A DNA stretch of 62,941 nucleotides, filler included, from Intoshia linei (lineage: Eukaryota > Animalia > Orthonectida), in assembly GCA_001642005.1 (NCBI GenBank). It is 10 parts of 10 records of this genome, joined end to end, with 100 filler letters (N's around TTAATTAATTAA, not from the genome) between each part and the next. Parts side by side here need not be neighbours in the genome. Positions count along the whole stretch, not along the records: positions 1 to 13,169 come from LWCA01001030.1; 9 more parts are not named here. One strand, given 5' to 3'. The notes beneath the pieces are model-generated. The model saw only the letters and a program-made list of their open reading frames with translations. It was not told the DNA's origin and did no database searches. Position numbers and translations under genes: made by a program. Of this stretch, positions 1-13,269 are shown one piece after another (positions within the stretch are counted from its first letter, which is position 1; each line of letters begins with the position of its first letter).

Positions 1-189
1 TGTATAAAATTCGCCACATTTGTTTGTATCATTAATTAAATATTTTTTCTTTGTTTTAAATAAAAAAAATCCGCAAAGTAAACAAAATTTATTTGAATTT
101 TTTGATTGACATGTGCAATTCATATTACTCAATTTAAACTTATTTTATCTCATATCCAAATAGCAACTTAATTTTGATTTGATTTTGAT

Positions 190-806
190 TAAAAATTATT
201 TTTCACTGGGAATGCGTAGATTTCTGGGGTTGAAATTTTGTATTTATATCAAGTGGAATATGCTCTATCAGAATAATCCTTTTTTTTAATTTTTGGACCG
301 TTAATTATTTCACATTTTTGGTTTTAATAAAATATTTCGGAAAAAAATATATGAATACTAAAATGCTTTTTTGACCGTGAAGTCGTCACTATTTGGATCG
401 AAATTTTTTATGTGTGTTAACATGATAAAATTCTACCACCTGTAAATTTTTTGAAATTCTAGGGCTGTTTTCAAAAAAAAAGGAAAAAAATTTGTGGTTT
501 TGGCCATGAAGGTATAATTTTTTTAAATTTAAATTTATGATAATGTTTATGATTTTAAAATCCGTAGCAGCGTATATATTTTTTTAAATTCAATAACTCG
601 TTTAATTTTCAAAAAAAGGGACAACAGGGGTTTTTGACCCTTAAGATGTGAAATTGGGAGGTTGAAATTTATCTTATTATACGTCTCGGAATAAACTGTA
701 ATTGAAATGTGGTCTTTAAAAAATTCTAATAGTGCTAGGTATTTAAATAAAGTAGGACACACAGACACACAAACAAAAATTGCTTAGCATATTATATAAG
801 CTAGGA
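190..806 (-). mobile_element. Non-autonomous Helitron-like repeat, copy with 5' end
   Basis: The minus strand begins A|TCCTAGCTTATATAATATGC then TGTGTGTCTGTGTG. Internal blocks (GCGTAGATTTCTGGGGTTGAAATTTTG; TTTTTTGACCGTGAAG) recur at about 17.4, 28.0, 38.1 and 49.7 kb. Left boundary approximate. Confidence 0.7.
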
Positions 807-1159
807 TTATTAAATTATAATTTGATTAAATGCCATACAATATTTTACAAGTTTAACCAACATGAAGGTTTTAAAGGGTATTATTAGGATAGTTGAAATT
901 TTTGAATTATATAAAAATTTCCGATTAATCGCTTTGAAATTAATCAGAATTATTCGAAAACGGGTTTTCAATTTTTCTAATTTTTTTAATTTATAAAAAA
1001 TATAATAATGAATATATGATTGAGACTGATTTACATGAATTGCAAAATCTTTGCAAGGGGTTATATATTTAAGTTTCAAAAAACAATTAAAAATTAATAT
1101 TTTCAAAATGATATTAGAATTATTGCAACTATTCCATTACCCAGGACGAAAGATTCATA

Positions 1160-1698
1160 TTAACCCATATACTCCCAGACAAATTTTTCCAATTTTTTGG
1201 CTTCGATTTTTCCAAAAATTTTGGGAAGTTAATACATACTTGCCTATTTTTCACCATATATAATTTTAGATAATTACCAATTGTAGTTATGGATATATTT
1301 CACATTCCATATGTTCACATTGGGAGAATAAGGCAAATAAAAGCGTGTATATATAAAACCGCATCGTAATATACCTAATTATTTCATCAAATTGTAGCCA
1401 ATACATGAATTCTATCATATGATATTTATTAAATTCAGTTGTCACAACTTTAACAAAAAAAAATATAAAAAATTTTTTCAGTTAATTTTTTTTTTTGCTG
1501 TGAAAAATCATTTTGGTCTACTGTCAGTGACACAAGAGGCTAATCGGTGAAAACTCATAACTAATATACTCGAATGTTATATAATATACTAATTAATTTA
1601 ATTTTTCATATTTAATTAACTTTGTTTCAATTTGATACGTGTTTTTATAAATGTAATGTTGTGTGACCATATGGTCCCACTGGGAGTATATGGGTTAA
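1160..1698. mobile_element. piggyBac-type MITE
   Basis: Perfect 15-bp TIR CCCATATACTCCCAG (1164-1178) / CTGGGAGTATATGGG (1680-1694), flanked by TTAA on both sides. Confidence 0.9.
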
Positions 1699-2101
1699 TA
1701 TAATCATTATACCCGGTTGAACTTTTATAAATGCCGCGCATGCTAATTATCTCACTTTTATCATTTTAAATTGTATCACATTACATTCTACTATGTATTA
1801 GTACAAATGTGTAAATGCAAATGTACAAATGTACAAATAATTATAGACAAAATGTTAGTTTATGTAATTTGAAATTAACCTTTTTAGAGACAAGATAACC
1901 TAAGCAAGCGACAAATATCAATAATAAAACTTTACTTTTGTATTAGAATAAATAATGATAAAATTGATAATAATAGCGTAATTAGGCTGAGTTTTTAATA
2001 AAACGTTCCCATTTTTATCACATCGTAATATAAAATGTCAATATTTTCTATACCTACGAGAAAATAAGTGTTACTAAATATTACATTATATAGGTATTAT
2101 A

Positions 2102-5100
2102 ATGTACTATTTCTCTGGATTTATGGGTTTGTTTACCGGAAGCGGCTTTTATTTAATTATTATACTATGCCTTACCTTATTATATTGTTATTGGCAAGCT
2201 AATAGAGAAAAGCAAATTCCATTTGAGGTATGCAATATCCTTAATTTGGTTGTATTTAATTTAGAAAATAAACAAACTTCTAAAAGGTTTTGAATATTTG
2301 GAGGTATGTTTTAATATTAATAAATAACCATTTTAGTTATATTTTTATACTTTTATATTATGTAATATGTATTAATATTACTAGTAAATTTGCAGTCTAT
2401 TACATATATTAATAATGTATAATTAAATTTTATAAGGTTATCATACATCAAAGTATATCTAATTACTCTTTAATTCATTTTAAAATCTTGCCCGAGGCTT
2501 TTCATATATGGACATGACCTCTCATTTTTTAAATCGTTATAATACAGTGAAGCCATTACTATTCGCCACAGTCGTAATTCAAAATTTTTGGTGAATAACG
2601 GAGATTTCAGATGAAAATCAGAAAATATAGTTTTTTTGAGCGAATAATGGAGACATAGTTCAGTCTACCTTACCGAGTCTACCGTGTCATGGTAAGTTGT
2701 ATCTGTTTCCATCTAAGCCAAACTTATTGTACAGAGCCCCCAAGAGAGACCTAGGTGAAAATTTTGTAAAATATGGACATCTTTTTTCAAATTGAATATT
2801 TTGAAAAATTATATTTTTCAATTTGCTGATTGTCAAGTCAGGCCCGTGGAGAAGTGGCTAAGAGCTATTACGCATTTTTTTGATAATAATTTTAGGGGAA
2901 TATTTTCTATTTTCTTAAACCTCCAGCATGTACTATATGTTACAGTGTCCCCGGATTCCCCTGACTATATAACTAGTAACTTTCAGTTGATATTGCCCTT
3001 GTAGTAATAATTTATTTTCCAATTAATAATTTCAATAATAAGATAAATTGTCAACTAACCCAACCTATGTAATGTAATTAAAAGTAATATATTCAAATTT
3101 CGGCGGACCCGTCGTGAAACGCTGATCTAGACGTTTTTGAAAATGTTTCAAACCTAAACGTGCATAAATGATAGTTTAATTTAGGTATCATTGCTTCTTT
3201 CCAATTATGAAATCAGATCTCATAGTTTGATTAGTGCAAAATACGCAAATATACATTCGGTGTCAGTTTGGAAACTGAAAATAAACAAAACCCTAGACAC
3301 AATGCCTAATGATATTGATGATACCTATTATTCAGACCACGTATACAATTTAAAAAATTTAACACCAAACGATGAAACCATTTTACTATCCAGTACAGTG
3401 ATCAACAGATGTTCGACATTAGTTTTATTTGGTCAATTAATATAATTTATTTTAAGAAAGCAATTCAGTTGGTATCGACCTTTTTTGACAATGAAACAAA
3501 AGGAATATTTAAAGTTAAAAATTTGAGTGGAATAAGCAATGCACGATCGTATAGTAATTTAAAACAAGACAAAGTTTCAGATGATGAAGGTACTAATTAC
3601 TGTATAGTTAAAGTATTTGTTCAACCTAGACAAATACGACAAGGAATCTTTTAAACAGGTCAAAAATTCACCTAGAGAAAAAATACTGGAATCTGAAAAT
3701 TTGGGCGATTTATATAAAGACTTTGATTTATTCCCGCGATACCACGTTATAGACGATTTAATATTCTACTATAAAGATTTACTAGTTAAATGTTATTCCA
3801 ATCCAATGAATTTATTACTATCTTATTTATTTCCTGTCAATATAAAAAGGTAACTAATAATTTCACAGGGGTTATAGTTTTAGAATAACGTACCTCGAAT
3901 TATCCGGCCATTGTTGGATGCTACTTTATGATGAAACTACTTTGGATTGGATATTTTTTGTTGCCTATCCATCTGATGGTATAATTTTATAGCATTGTAA
4001 ATTCATTTAATTTAGATTTCAAAAATGTCATTATAACGTGGATTTGTATAGACAACGCTTCATCTTTAGTTTGTAATGCCAAATATTGCACTCTTGTACA
4101 TTCTTTCCTTAAAAATAATTATATTTGTGATAATTTATTGCAAAGTCCTACCATATACCCTTTGCCTGGGGAGTTTTTGCCTACTCTACTTGCAACAGCC
4201 ACAGATGATTCCTTGTCATTCGAAGATGTTGATAGCTTTAAAGAAGACAATGATAAATTAAAAGTCAAACTGTATGACTTTATATTTACTCTGTATTGTT
4301 AATATTTTATAGAGGGTCCATTGATTTTGAAGAAACTGATAATAATATGAACATGGATGATGAATATTATGTAAATGACTCGTTATTAATTGAAAATAAT
4401 GCTAAAACTATAAAGAAAATTGAAGATATTCTCGATAATTCCGAGTTTAGTTTTGTTGAAAATACAAAATCTGAAACCCCGTGGTTTGGAGGTATTTTCT
4501 AAATTCATAATGCAGTATTCTCTCTACAATTTTTGAATTCTAAAAATCATTGTTTATAACAGTGTATTTTGTTAAGAGGGGTATATCAATCGTTTATATA
4601 TTGTTCCTCCATTTTTAAAAATTTTCTACCACGTCGAAAGTATGTCACGTTCCCACGTTGAGTAAATAGAGAGAGAATACTGTATTTTAAATTTTTTTAT
4701 TTTAGACAAAATTAGTATTGAATATTGGAAATCAAAACTAGTCAACAATATAAAAAATTTAGTTAAACAAGTATGGAATAATTTTATCAAGTCAAATTTA
4801 TTTAGGCACAGTATATCAATACTATGAATCTTAATAAAAAGGATGAAATTTCTTTAGACGATTCTAATGGTTGGAAGTAATAATTTATACAATTTTTATG
4901 AGTATATTTTTAATGGTTTGGGAAAGTTCAAATTTAGTCATTTTTTTCTAATAAAGTTGTGTTAATCAGCTTTTCCCAAATCCCCAATTTTTTTTATTAT
5001 TTTTAAATTAAAAGTTAAATTAAATTTTGTTTACTTATTTTATATATTTTATTTAATATTCCATTAATTTCACTTTAATGGTCCGCGATAAATTTTACAC

Positions 5101-6711
5101 CATGAACAAAGTGTGGAAACCCCTGGTGTTCAATTGTATTCAATTCAATTCAATTATATTAAAATTAAATATTGACTTAAGAATTCAGTTATTTATTAAT
5201 TATTTTTTATATATTATATATTATATTTGAATTGAGAAAATTTAATTTACTGGTAAAATTCCATAAAAATCAAGGAATGAATTAATTTTCCATTTCATGT
5301 CACATGTGATAAAAATTTAAAGAGAAACTGGATAAAATTGATATGGAGTGTTAGTTATTTAATTGGAAATGTTTTATGGATCATAGGAAAATTTGTCGTG
5401 TTAAGGGTATATCTTTGAAATGTGTTGAGAATTCTGATTTACTGTATATAATTTTTATATTATTCTAGATTTACAGCTGTCCACAAAACAGTTGCAATAT
5501 TTAATAAATTGGTTATTGAAAAACCATTAATTTATTCATACATTTCAAAAAGCTTTGTAAATAAACCAGTTGTCAATGTAGTTAATTTTTTAATGAATGC
5601 GAGCAATAGATTTGTATATGATGATCTAGTTAAGGTTACATTTTTTATTTTTATTTTTAATTAATCTTAGGAAATCAATATTGTTCAAAAAATTTCGGAT
5701 AACACTTCAATCGGTAAATTCTAGACAACAGTAAATGCATGAAATTAATATTTTTAACAAATACTAAATTGCTGAAAATAATCGTACATTATTTTTATAT
5801 CTTTTTTACAAATTATAGATTTTTGCAGGGGTTGGTTACCTATACAACTCAAAATAATATAGTTTTTTAAAACGAAACCATGAATATGGTCCACCCTGCT
5901 TAATCCATTGATAATTTAAGTCAGGGTGACGTGTGACTATTCATCTACGTTCATAAACTTCTTATACCAATCCCCTTTCCGAATCAAACCCTCCTCGTGA
6001 TGCCTCAAAGAAAATTTTTCAATATGATAGAATGGTAAGCTCGGCTCTGCACCTCTCGAAACAAAATTTATCAATGCCAATTTCCCTACTAACGCACACT
6101 AAATATAATATTATCTGACCGGTTTCATTATATTAACATTATTCAATTTATAATTTAAATCACCGTACTAGGCACGGCGTGTCTCCTTGGGGCGATATCG
6201 CTTACTTTGGGAATCTATGAGTTTGACGGGTACGTAAAAAAATTATTTTACATATAAATAATATTAGTTAATCTAAAATACGATATGCGAGGATGGTTCA
6301 AGAAAGATGTTATAGATTTTTGTTACCTTCAAAGTTATAAAAAATTTAACAATACCCACATCATTTCAATTGAATCTGTCGATTGTGAATTGTGTTCTTT
6401 ATCAACAAACTCTACACGTGGATTGGTAAATTGAGACTGAACTTTAATCTAATAACTTTTAGCTTAACAATAGTGGCTGGATTGTTCAATCTAGAAAAGA
6501 TACCGATTCCAAAGAAAGCATTGTTACATACGTGATCAATGTGATTTTTTTATAATCATTTTATATAACATTTTAGATGGATTTACAGCAAGATAAATCT
6601 CACTTATTTAGAAAAATTGCAATAAGACAAATCAGAAGTATCAATCAAGTTAAAAAATATTTTGATATTGATTTTTATTCTACCGAGTATGTTAACGTCA
6701 ACAAGTATTAA
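2102..6711 (+). CDS. Multi-exon START (StAR-related lipid transfer) domain protein with N-terminal transmembrane segment
   Basis: N-terminal hydrophobic FYLIIILCLTLLYCYW. Spliced C-terminal exons read NRFVYDDLVK|EINIVQKISDNTSI|VNLKYDMRGWFKKDVIDFCYLQ...ISIESVDC...TRGL|LNNSGWIVQ...SIVTY|MDLQQ, matching the START RDF / SV / RG / SGW / VTY..DL pattern. Stop TAA at 6709-6711. Start and middle exons approximate. Confidence 0.7.
4513..4682. mobile_element. Tc1/pogo-type MITE in an intron of the START gene
   Basis: 13-bp TIR CAGTATTCTCTCT / AGAGAGAATACTG; flanks TG and TA (degenerate TA target duplication). Confidence 0.75.
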
Positions 6712-6830
6712 ATTTGTGTATTGTATTTTAAAAAATAAAAAAATATCACCCTTCGAAACTTTTTAGAATGTAAATTTAACCTTAAAACTTTTGGAATTGT
6801 ACTAATGGAAAATGCACCATTATATATAAT

Positions 6831-9801
6831 TTAAATTTTAATACAATCAATTATTAATTTAACATCATGATAGGCACTCGAACCTATTTCCATTGATAAA
6901 TTTAAAAGTGTAGTTATTTTGGCAAACAAAGAGGTGAGGTTACTATTTTTTTGATTTACTATGTCCTTATTGGCAAATATGAGTTTGTAATTTTTGCTTA
7001 TTACTCGTTGGTACCACTTTACAGATTGCTGTCGGAGTAAGAGCATGGAAAATTTGTAATTTACTTGTTTGGTGTAATTATACACATCATTATCAACATT
7101 GCACAGATTAGAGTTTAAATTATTTAGTTTACTTTCCAAGTCTTCCAATTTTTCAATGACTGTATTTTCATTTTTAGTACACTCTTCCATGTCATAATCT
7201 GATTGGGAAATTTTCGTTATTATTTCTTTTATTTTTCGTTTAGTTAATGTCAATTTATGGTTATGTTGAGCAAACGTGACTGTTTGGGGGCTGTGAGGAT
7301 TGGCGTAATTGGCATTTCCCAATTTTGCAACTTGTATAGCTCCACGATTAGCTATGGCATCCCTTCTGGAAACTGACTTTTCCAATTGTTTGCAAAACTC
7401 TTCCTGTTTACGACTAAGCGAGGATAATTTAACTTGCATTCTGTGAATGTCTGCTTTCATGGCATGCAATTCGCCCTTCCCCACATCAGAATCTATGGTA
7501 TCCCTAGTTTCTTTCATGAGTCTGGTTTTCTTTTCCCATAACATGATTTGTCTTTCGGCTTCAACAATATATTCGACTATGGATTCTTTCATCTCTCTTA
7601 AATTACTCAATTTCGTTTGCATTTCGAATGAAACTTTTTCTTCCTGCCTCAACTCTGCCACAAAATCAGATTCAATTAGTATATTCCCACGCTCCAATGT
7701 ATTACAAATACTTGAATTTTTACTCAAACCATCATTAAGAGAATTTATTTTATGCCTCGTCTCTCTAGAGGTTCTCAAAAACTTTTCTCCTTTTTTCAAA
7801 GCTGCCTCAATATTATTTTCGATCCTTTGTTTGTGTCTTTCAAGAATAATCAACTGTTTTCTTAAATTTTCATTTTTTACGCTAATTTCTTGTTTATGTT
7901 CATAAAGTAATACCAATTCGACTTGGTTTCTTAGCCAATTTTGTTCTAAGGAATCAATTTCGTCGTCTTCCTCATCGATAGATTTTTGCAATGAGTGTAT
8001 TTCAATTTCTAATGGTCCAATTTCGCAACCATCTGATTTTGAAATAAGAGATTCCAATTTTTTATTATAAATATCTACATTAGACTGTTTCCTTTCTATT
8101 AAAGTATTATTTTGAGTGATTTTATTTACTCCCTTTTCCAGTATTGCTGTTTTCTTTTTTAAATCTTTTTCATACTCTTCAAACTTTGCATTCAACTGAT
8201 TTTGCGCTGATTCGTATTCACTTATATTAAGGTCTATTTTGGCAATTTCATTATCTACAATTGCAATACGTTTTTCCTAAAAATAAAATTACATCATAAA
8301 ACACAAGTATACAATTTCTCTTCGTAATTTATTGTTTTTTGAAATTTGTATTGTTGTGTATTGATAAGATTTGTTGGTGGTAAATTGATTTTGCAATGTT
8401 TCATGAATGTCATCTTCTATTTTAATTTTATCGTTTGAAATAATTTCAATCTTTTTTCGTAAACTTTCCAATACTTTTTCCTTTTCTTTTATTTCCTAAA
8501 AAATAAAAAAACTTGAATATTTGTTAAATTACAGCAGCACATTGTGATAAATTAGTTTCAGTTTTGTCGAGCAGATTATTGTAAACTGAATAATCTGATA
8601 CCGCTACATTAAATTTCGTTTTACACTGTTCAATGTTTTTTTTCGTTTTTTCTTCAACGCACTCAATATTGTGTAGTATTGACGTGAGTTTTTCATTTGT
8701 ATTTTGTTCCCCCTTTATAGCAGTAGTAAAGTAATTAATTTCAGTCTCATAAGATTTCTCTACTTTTCTTGATTCGCTAAAATTCAGTTACACATAACCC
8801 ATTTAAACGAAAAATTACTTTAACGATAAGACAATAAGGGATAAGGTATTGTCTCTCCGTTTCATTCCTAATAAACTGTTGTTCCATTGCTGGTATACTT
8901 GCTTTTTGTCTATATTCAAAGTCTAAAAATGATGTACATTCTATTTTCACTTTCAAAATAGCAAATACTCATTTACCTCCATTTCAATATTTGCTTCAGT
9001 CAAAAAGGTTGCATTTTCAAGAATCAAATCTTGTTGTGCCTTTATTTGAGTTTCCAAAACGGCATTTTTTTCATTTAGCAAATTTATCTGTTTTACGATT
9101 CGATCAATATATAAATCCTGGTTTCTTTTCTTGATTTCTACTTCGTCAACATCGTTTGTAACCTTATCTGTAGCTCGTCGCATTATTTTTATATCTGACC
9201 GTAAATCTGTCGTAGCCAAATCAAGATAAAAAACTTTCATGTCATTGCTTTCCACTTGTGTCTGTAAAGTGTTTACTAATTTTAAATAAAACATGTAAAG
9301 ACATTCACTCACCATTATCCAACTCTGATTTTTCCAATTTTAGTTTCTCTTTGAATGATATTTTTAATCTACCCAATAATTCTTGCGCATTACATTCAGT
9401 TTCATTCAATTCGTTCATTTCCACGTGTACTTTTTCAATTTCTACTTGCTTTCTAGCTAGTTCTTGTTGAAGGCGGTATAAATCCAATGCTATATTTTCT
9501 CTGCCAACTTTTTTGCGCTTCAACTCTTCTTGCTAATAAAAAACAAATAAAAATACATAAAAAAGCATTACATTTTCCCATAATTCTGTAGATACACGCT
9601 CTAATTGACTTTTAATATGCGCCTGAAGCGATTTTTGAAAACGTTCTAACAATGGCTAAAATAATAATCAACATTTAAAAAAAAAGTAGATATTACGTGA
9701 TCTGGGTCCAATACTATAATCTCTTCAACAGAATCATTTACTGTAGGCTGAGGTGTATTTGGACTGAATTGGATAATATTTTCGTTATCGGTGTTCTCCA
9801 T
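6831..9801 (-). CDS. CCDC40: Coiled-coil domain-containing protein 40 (axonemal ruler, FAP172 family), multi-exon
   Basis: Motifs VLDPDH|PLLERFQ, QQWNNSLLGMKRRD, IGPLEIEI, WLRNQVELV, VEAERQIMLWEKK and ELHAMKADIHRMQV are typical of CCDC40. Short GT-AG introns link ORFs 9646-9843, 9305-9523, 8953-9315, 8289-8471 and 6831-8195. Confidence 0.9.
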
Positions 9802-10668
9802 ATTACTACCTTTGTTTGTAAATACCACGATACTATAATTCACCGATTGTTGTTAAATGCTTAGAAATTTGTTATTATAAACAGTTTTATTTAAAAATTA
9901 TCCGTGTTCTCCATATTACTACGTTTGTTTGTAATTTCCATTAATAAATATTTACACTTTTAGTTAAAATTTTTTAATACTTATCTATATATCTACTGCA
10001 TAATTACCATTTTATGATTTTTGTTAGAATGCATGAACCAAAGGTGAGCTTTATTTTTTAACTATTTTATGAGCAAAAACAAAATTTTAAAACAAAAAAT
10101 TTGAAATAATTAAAAAAAAATTATTCTGATAATAAATTTTAATGAATTAACCATAAAAATTATCAATTTTCATAAATAACAATTATAACTTTCTGATGAA
10201 AATATTTAGAATAAAAATTGAAAAAAATTAGAATGATAAAGTTTATTAATAAATAAAAATTGTTCCGTACAAACTTCAAATTTAAGTAAAATTCATCAAA
10301 ATATAAATGTTTACGTAATTAAAAATCATTCGGTTGCATCAGGGGTTTTCAGCGAACGGTAAAAATTATAATTTTATCGATAGAAAGTAAAAAATATTTT
10401 TGTACTAGATTGATTTTCTTATTAATCTTAAAATTGATCTCTTTCGTAACAATATTCTAAACAGCAAATTTTATTATTTTTCTAATTTATCTTATTAACA
10501 TGATTAAAAATACAATATTAATCCTGACGATTTAATTGTAATTATTTGATGAAATTATAGTGGCTGTTATAGAACTACTCTGTGAGCAATTTTCTGGCAA
10601 CTCTGTAGGATGGTCATTGTCAAATGGACATATATATATAAAGTTAAAAAAGTAACCTCATCATATAT

Positions 10669-11139
10669 CAGCTGTTCCCAAATGGGGTACTGAGATCCCA
10701 GAATTTATTTTGGGTGGACCAGCTCGTCTGATACTATGACTCACACTTTATGATTCATAAATTATAAATATTTTTAAAATTCCCAAAATTAAATGTAACT
10801 TATTGTAATATACTTAATTCTGTAATCATATCATGTATTTACTTTGTAGTGATGTATATTTAATAATCTGTTACTTTAAAAGTGCATATTAAATAAATGT
10901 ACGTCTCCAATCTGATAGTTCAATGATTAATGATTTTTCAGATATCAAGTTTTGGTGTAGTAGTGGTTTAAACATAAAGGTAATGGTGAACTAATTATTT
11001 AAAATTTTTTAATCGAATTTTTATAATCCATGCGATGTCATGGTTACACCAAATAAAAATTATCAAAGGGTACGAATTTTTTTTGGAAATGTAGCGGTAC
11101 CAACTCTGAAGTATGGAATTCCCAATTTGGGAATCGCTG
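10669..11139. mobile_element. hAT-type MITE
   Basis: Ends CAGCTGTTCCCAAAT / ATTTGGGAATCGCTG; 8-bp flanks TCATATAT / TCATAAAT (7/8 TSD match). Confidence 0.8.
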
Positions 11140-12243
11140 TCATAAATCATCAAAACTAATAAAATCATTTATTTAGTTTTTTATTACTTTGTAATATAAA
11201 GATTTATTAATCATCAGCATTCTGAATTTTAAATGATCTGTTGAATAATTCATACAATTGACAAGCCTAAAAATTATAATTATAATAATACAATGTCTCT
11301 GTATTCTCTTCCTCGTATACAGCCAGGCTTCTTAACATCACATACAGGGCCGTGGATAAGGGTTAGGGACATATGGGCCGGACCGGGATTTTTTATTTAT
11401 TTATAAGTAATGTTGGAAAATTTGTTTAGTATACCAAAATTGCGATAACCAATACAATTTCCGACGGTTATTTTAAATGCTCGCATTCCTCAACTATTAA
11501 TTAATTAATATACTCGTAGTTAAAAAGAAACAACCACGGTACCGGTTAGATTCTAACAAATCATAAACACATCAGGAACTGTAAAAAATATTATACAATC
11601 AAAAGAAATTGAAATACATTTGGTATACAATACAAAGTTGGTAGGTTTTTAAATGTGTACATGAAAATGTTACTTTTTTGTGGCTAAATCCAGGAATTAT
11701 CATAAAATCGTCGACAGTACTAATAGAAATTTCTTTAAGACTCTAAATACACTACATACTAATCATGTATTACTAATAAACACTAATATCGGTTTTTTAT
11801 TTATTTTCACTAAATAATCTTACCTTGATTCCAAACTGGAACCAAGAATCCAACTAATAAATACATATTACCTTAAATGCATGAATTAAATTTTCTGAAT
11901 CACTTTTATTGACAACTCGAGTGCTTGAGAGAGCATCAATCAGCTTTATAAAATAAAATTATACACATATAAAAGTATTGTTAAGTGCAAAGTTTCACAA
12001 ACTATTTTAGTCTATGGTGATAATAATTTTTTTGGTGTACGAAAACATAAAGTAAAAAATTTAGAAAGTCACCAAGTTAAATATATGAAAATGTTAATTA
12101 TAAAAAAATTTAAACCATAGAAAAATGATTCTTTTCTAAAGGGTTCATTAAAATGTCAGCAGATTTCTTTTCCAGAATAGAATATGATTCAATATATCTA
12201 GCAGTCTCCAATGAACTAAGCAATAATAAAGTACATTTTATAC

Positions 12244-12602
12244 CAGTGACCACCAAACTATGGTCCGCGGTTTTTTTAAAGTCTAATTCGTTTTAATTAA
12301 ACGTAGAAACCGGATCTGAAGACGCACGTTAAATTATTTTCGATAACAATCATGGAGTCAAAGTCTGTATTACAGACTCTGTAATGCAATTCGAACAAGA
12401 ACTTCGGGTAAAATCGTGCTTCCGATCTTGTAGCAGAACTACAGAATTGTAGTAGAAAATACATATCGTGATGTTTTCATCTGATGATTAGAAACTTACT
12501 ACTGTTTAGAAATGTATTATAATAGTAAGTATAATTATAATTTGACATTTATTTTTCATTTCGAGTTTATCCGGCCCGCGAATCACAAAGTTTGGTAGTC
12601 TG
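12244..12602. mobile_element. hAT (Charlie/MER5-like) MITE
   Basis: Ends CAGTGACCACCAAACT / AGTTTGGTAGTCTG, subterminal GGTCCGCG / GGCCCGCG, TSD TTTTATAC / TTTTGTAC. Confidence 0.75.
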
Positions 12603-13169
12603 TTTTGTACAATAACCACAAACCTAAATGTAAAAATAATGGTACAATCCGAATTGATGGCTAATAAATTTAGTTTTTCAATTTCATCGTCATTCTCCTA
12701 TTCAAAGAAAACATAAACTATATAAAATAAAATTACGCAATCGATGAAAACCAATAAAATTCGTATTTTAAATCTATTACCCAATTCATTTATTCTGTTT
12801 TCAATATAACTTGTATTAAATGTATGGTATTTTAAGCTAATAAATGTACATTATACATTGTACAGTAGGGTGTCCACTTTTTAAACTTTCCGTTGAATTA
12901 ACAAAAGTATATTTTACTGAGCGTTCGAAATGCAATATAGAACACAATTACCGATTAAATTTTATCTAGTTTTGTAATTTCCTTCGCCTAATTTTTTTTA
13001 AACCTTTTTTAAAAACATGACAGAAGAACTTTATTATTTTTAATGTTTTTATACCTATATATATTTAAATGATATTTAAATAAGGTAAAATGACTATTAA
13101 ATACGTATTTTTGACATCATTGTTAATGTGAAAAAAATAGTAAATATTTTAAGATATAAAAAATAAATT

Positions 13170-13269
13170 NNNNNNNNNNNNNNNNNNNNNNNNNNNNNNN
13201 NNNNNNNNNNNNNTTAATTAATTAANNNNNNNNNNNNNNNNNNNNNNNNNNNNNNNNNNNNNNNNNNNN
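13170..13269. other. Artificial assembly spacer N44-TTAATTAATTAA-N44 (also at 19987, 32073, 34811, 37763, 49420, 55883, 57163, 58633)
   Basis: Identical 100-bp structure nine times. The central 12-mer places stop codons in all six frames. Confidence 0.97.

Noticed and set aside
3850-3868. 19-nt ultra-short intron in the START gene
   Set aside because: An in-frame TTTAG acceptor at 3883 gives a 34-nt intron, matching the usual size here.
7447-7905. Antisense ORFs (7447-7905, 33291-33557, 47042-47305) and many short Ile/Phe/Lys-rich ORFs
   Set aside because: Shadows of real genes on the opposite strand, or chance ORFs in AT-rich repeats.
13214-13225. Recurrent TTAATTAATTAA palindrome as a biological repeat or CRISPR-like unit
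   Set aside because: Always centred in N runs of fixed length; an artificial linker. ORFs ending XXXLIN are artefacts.
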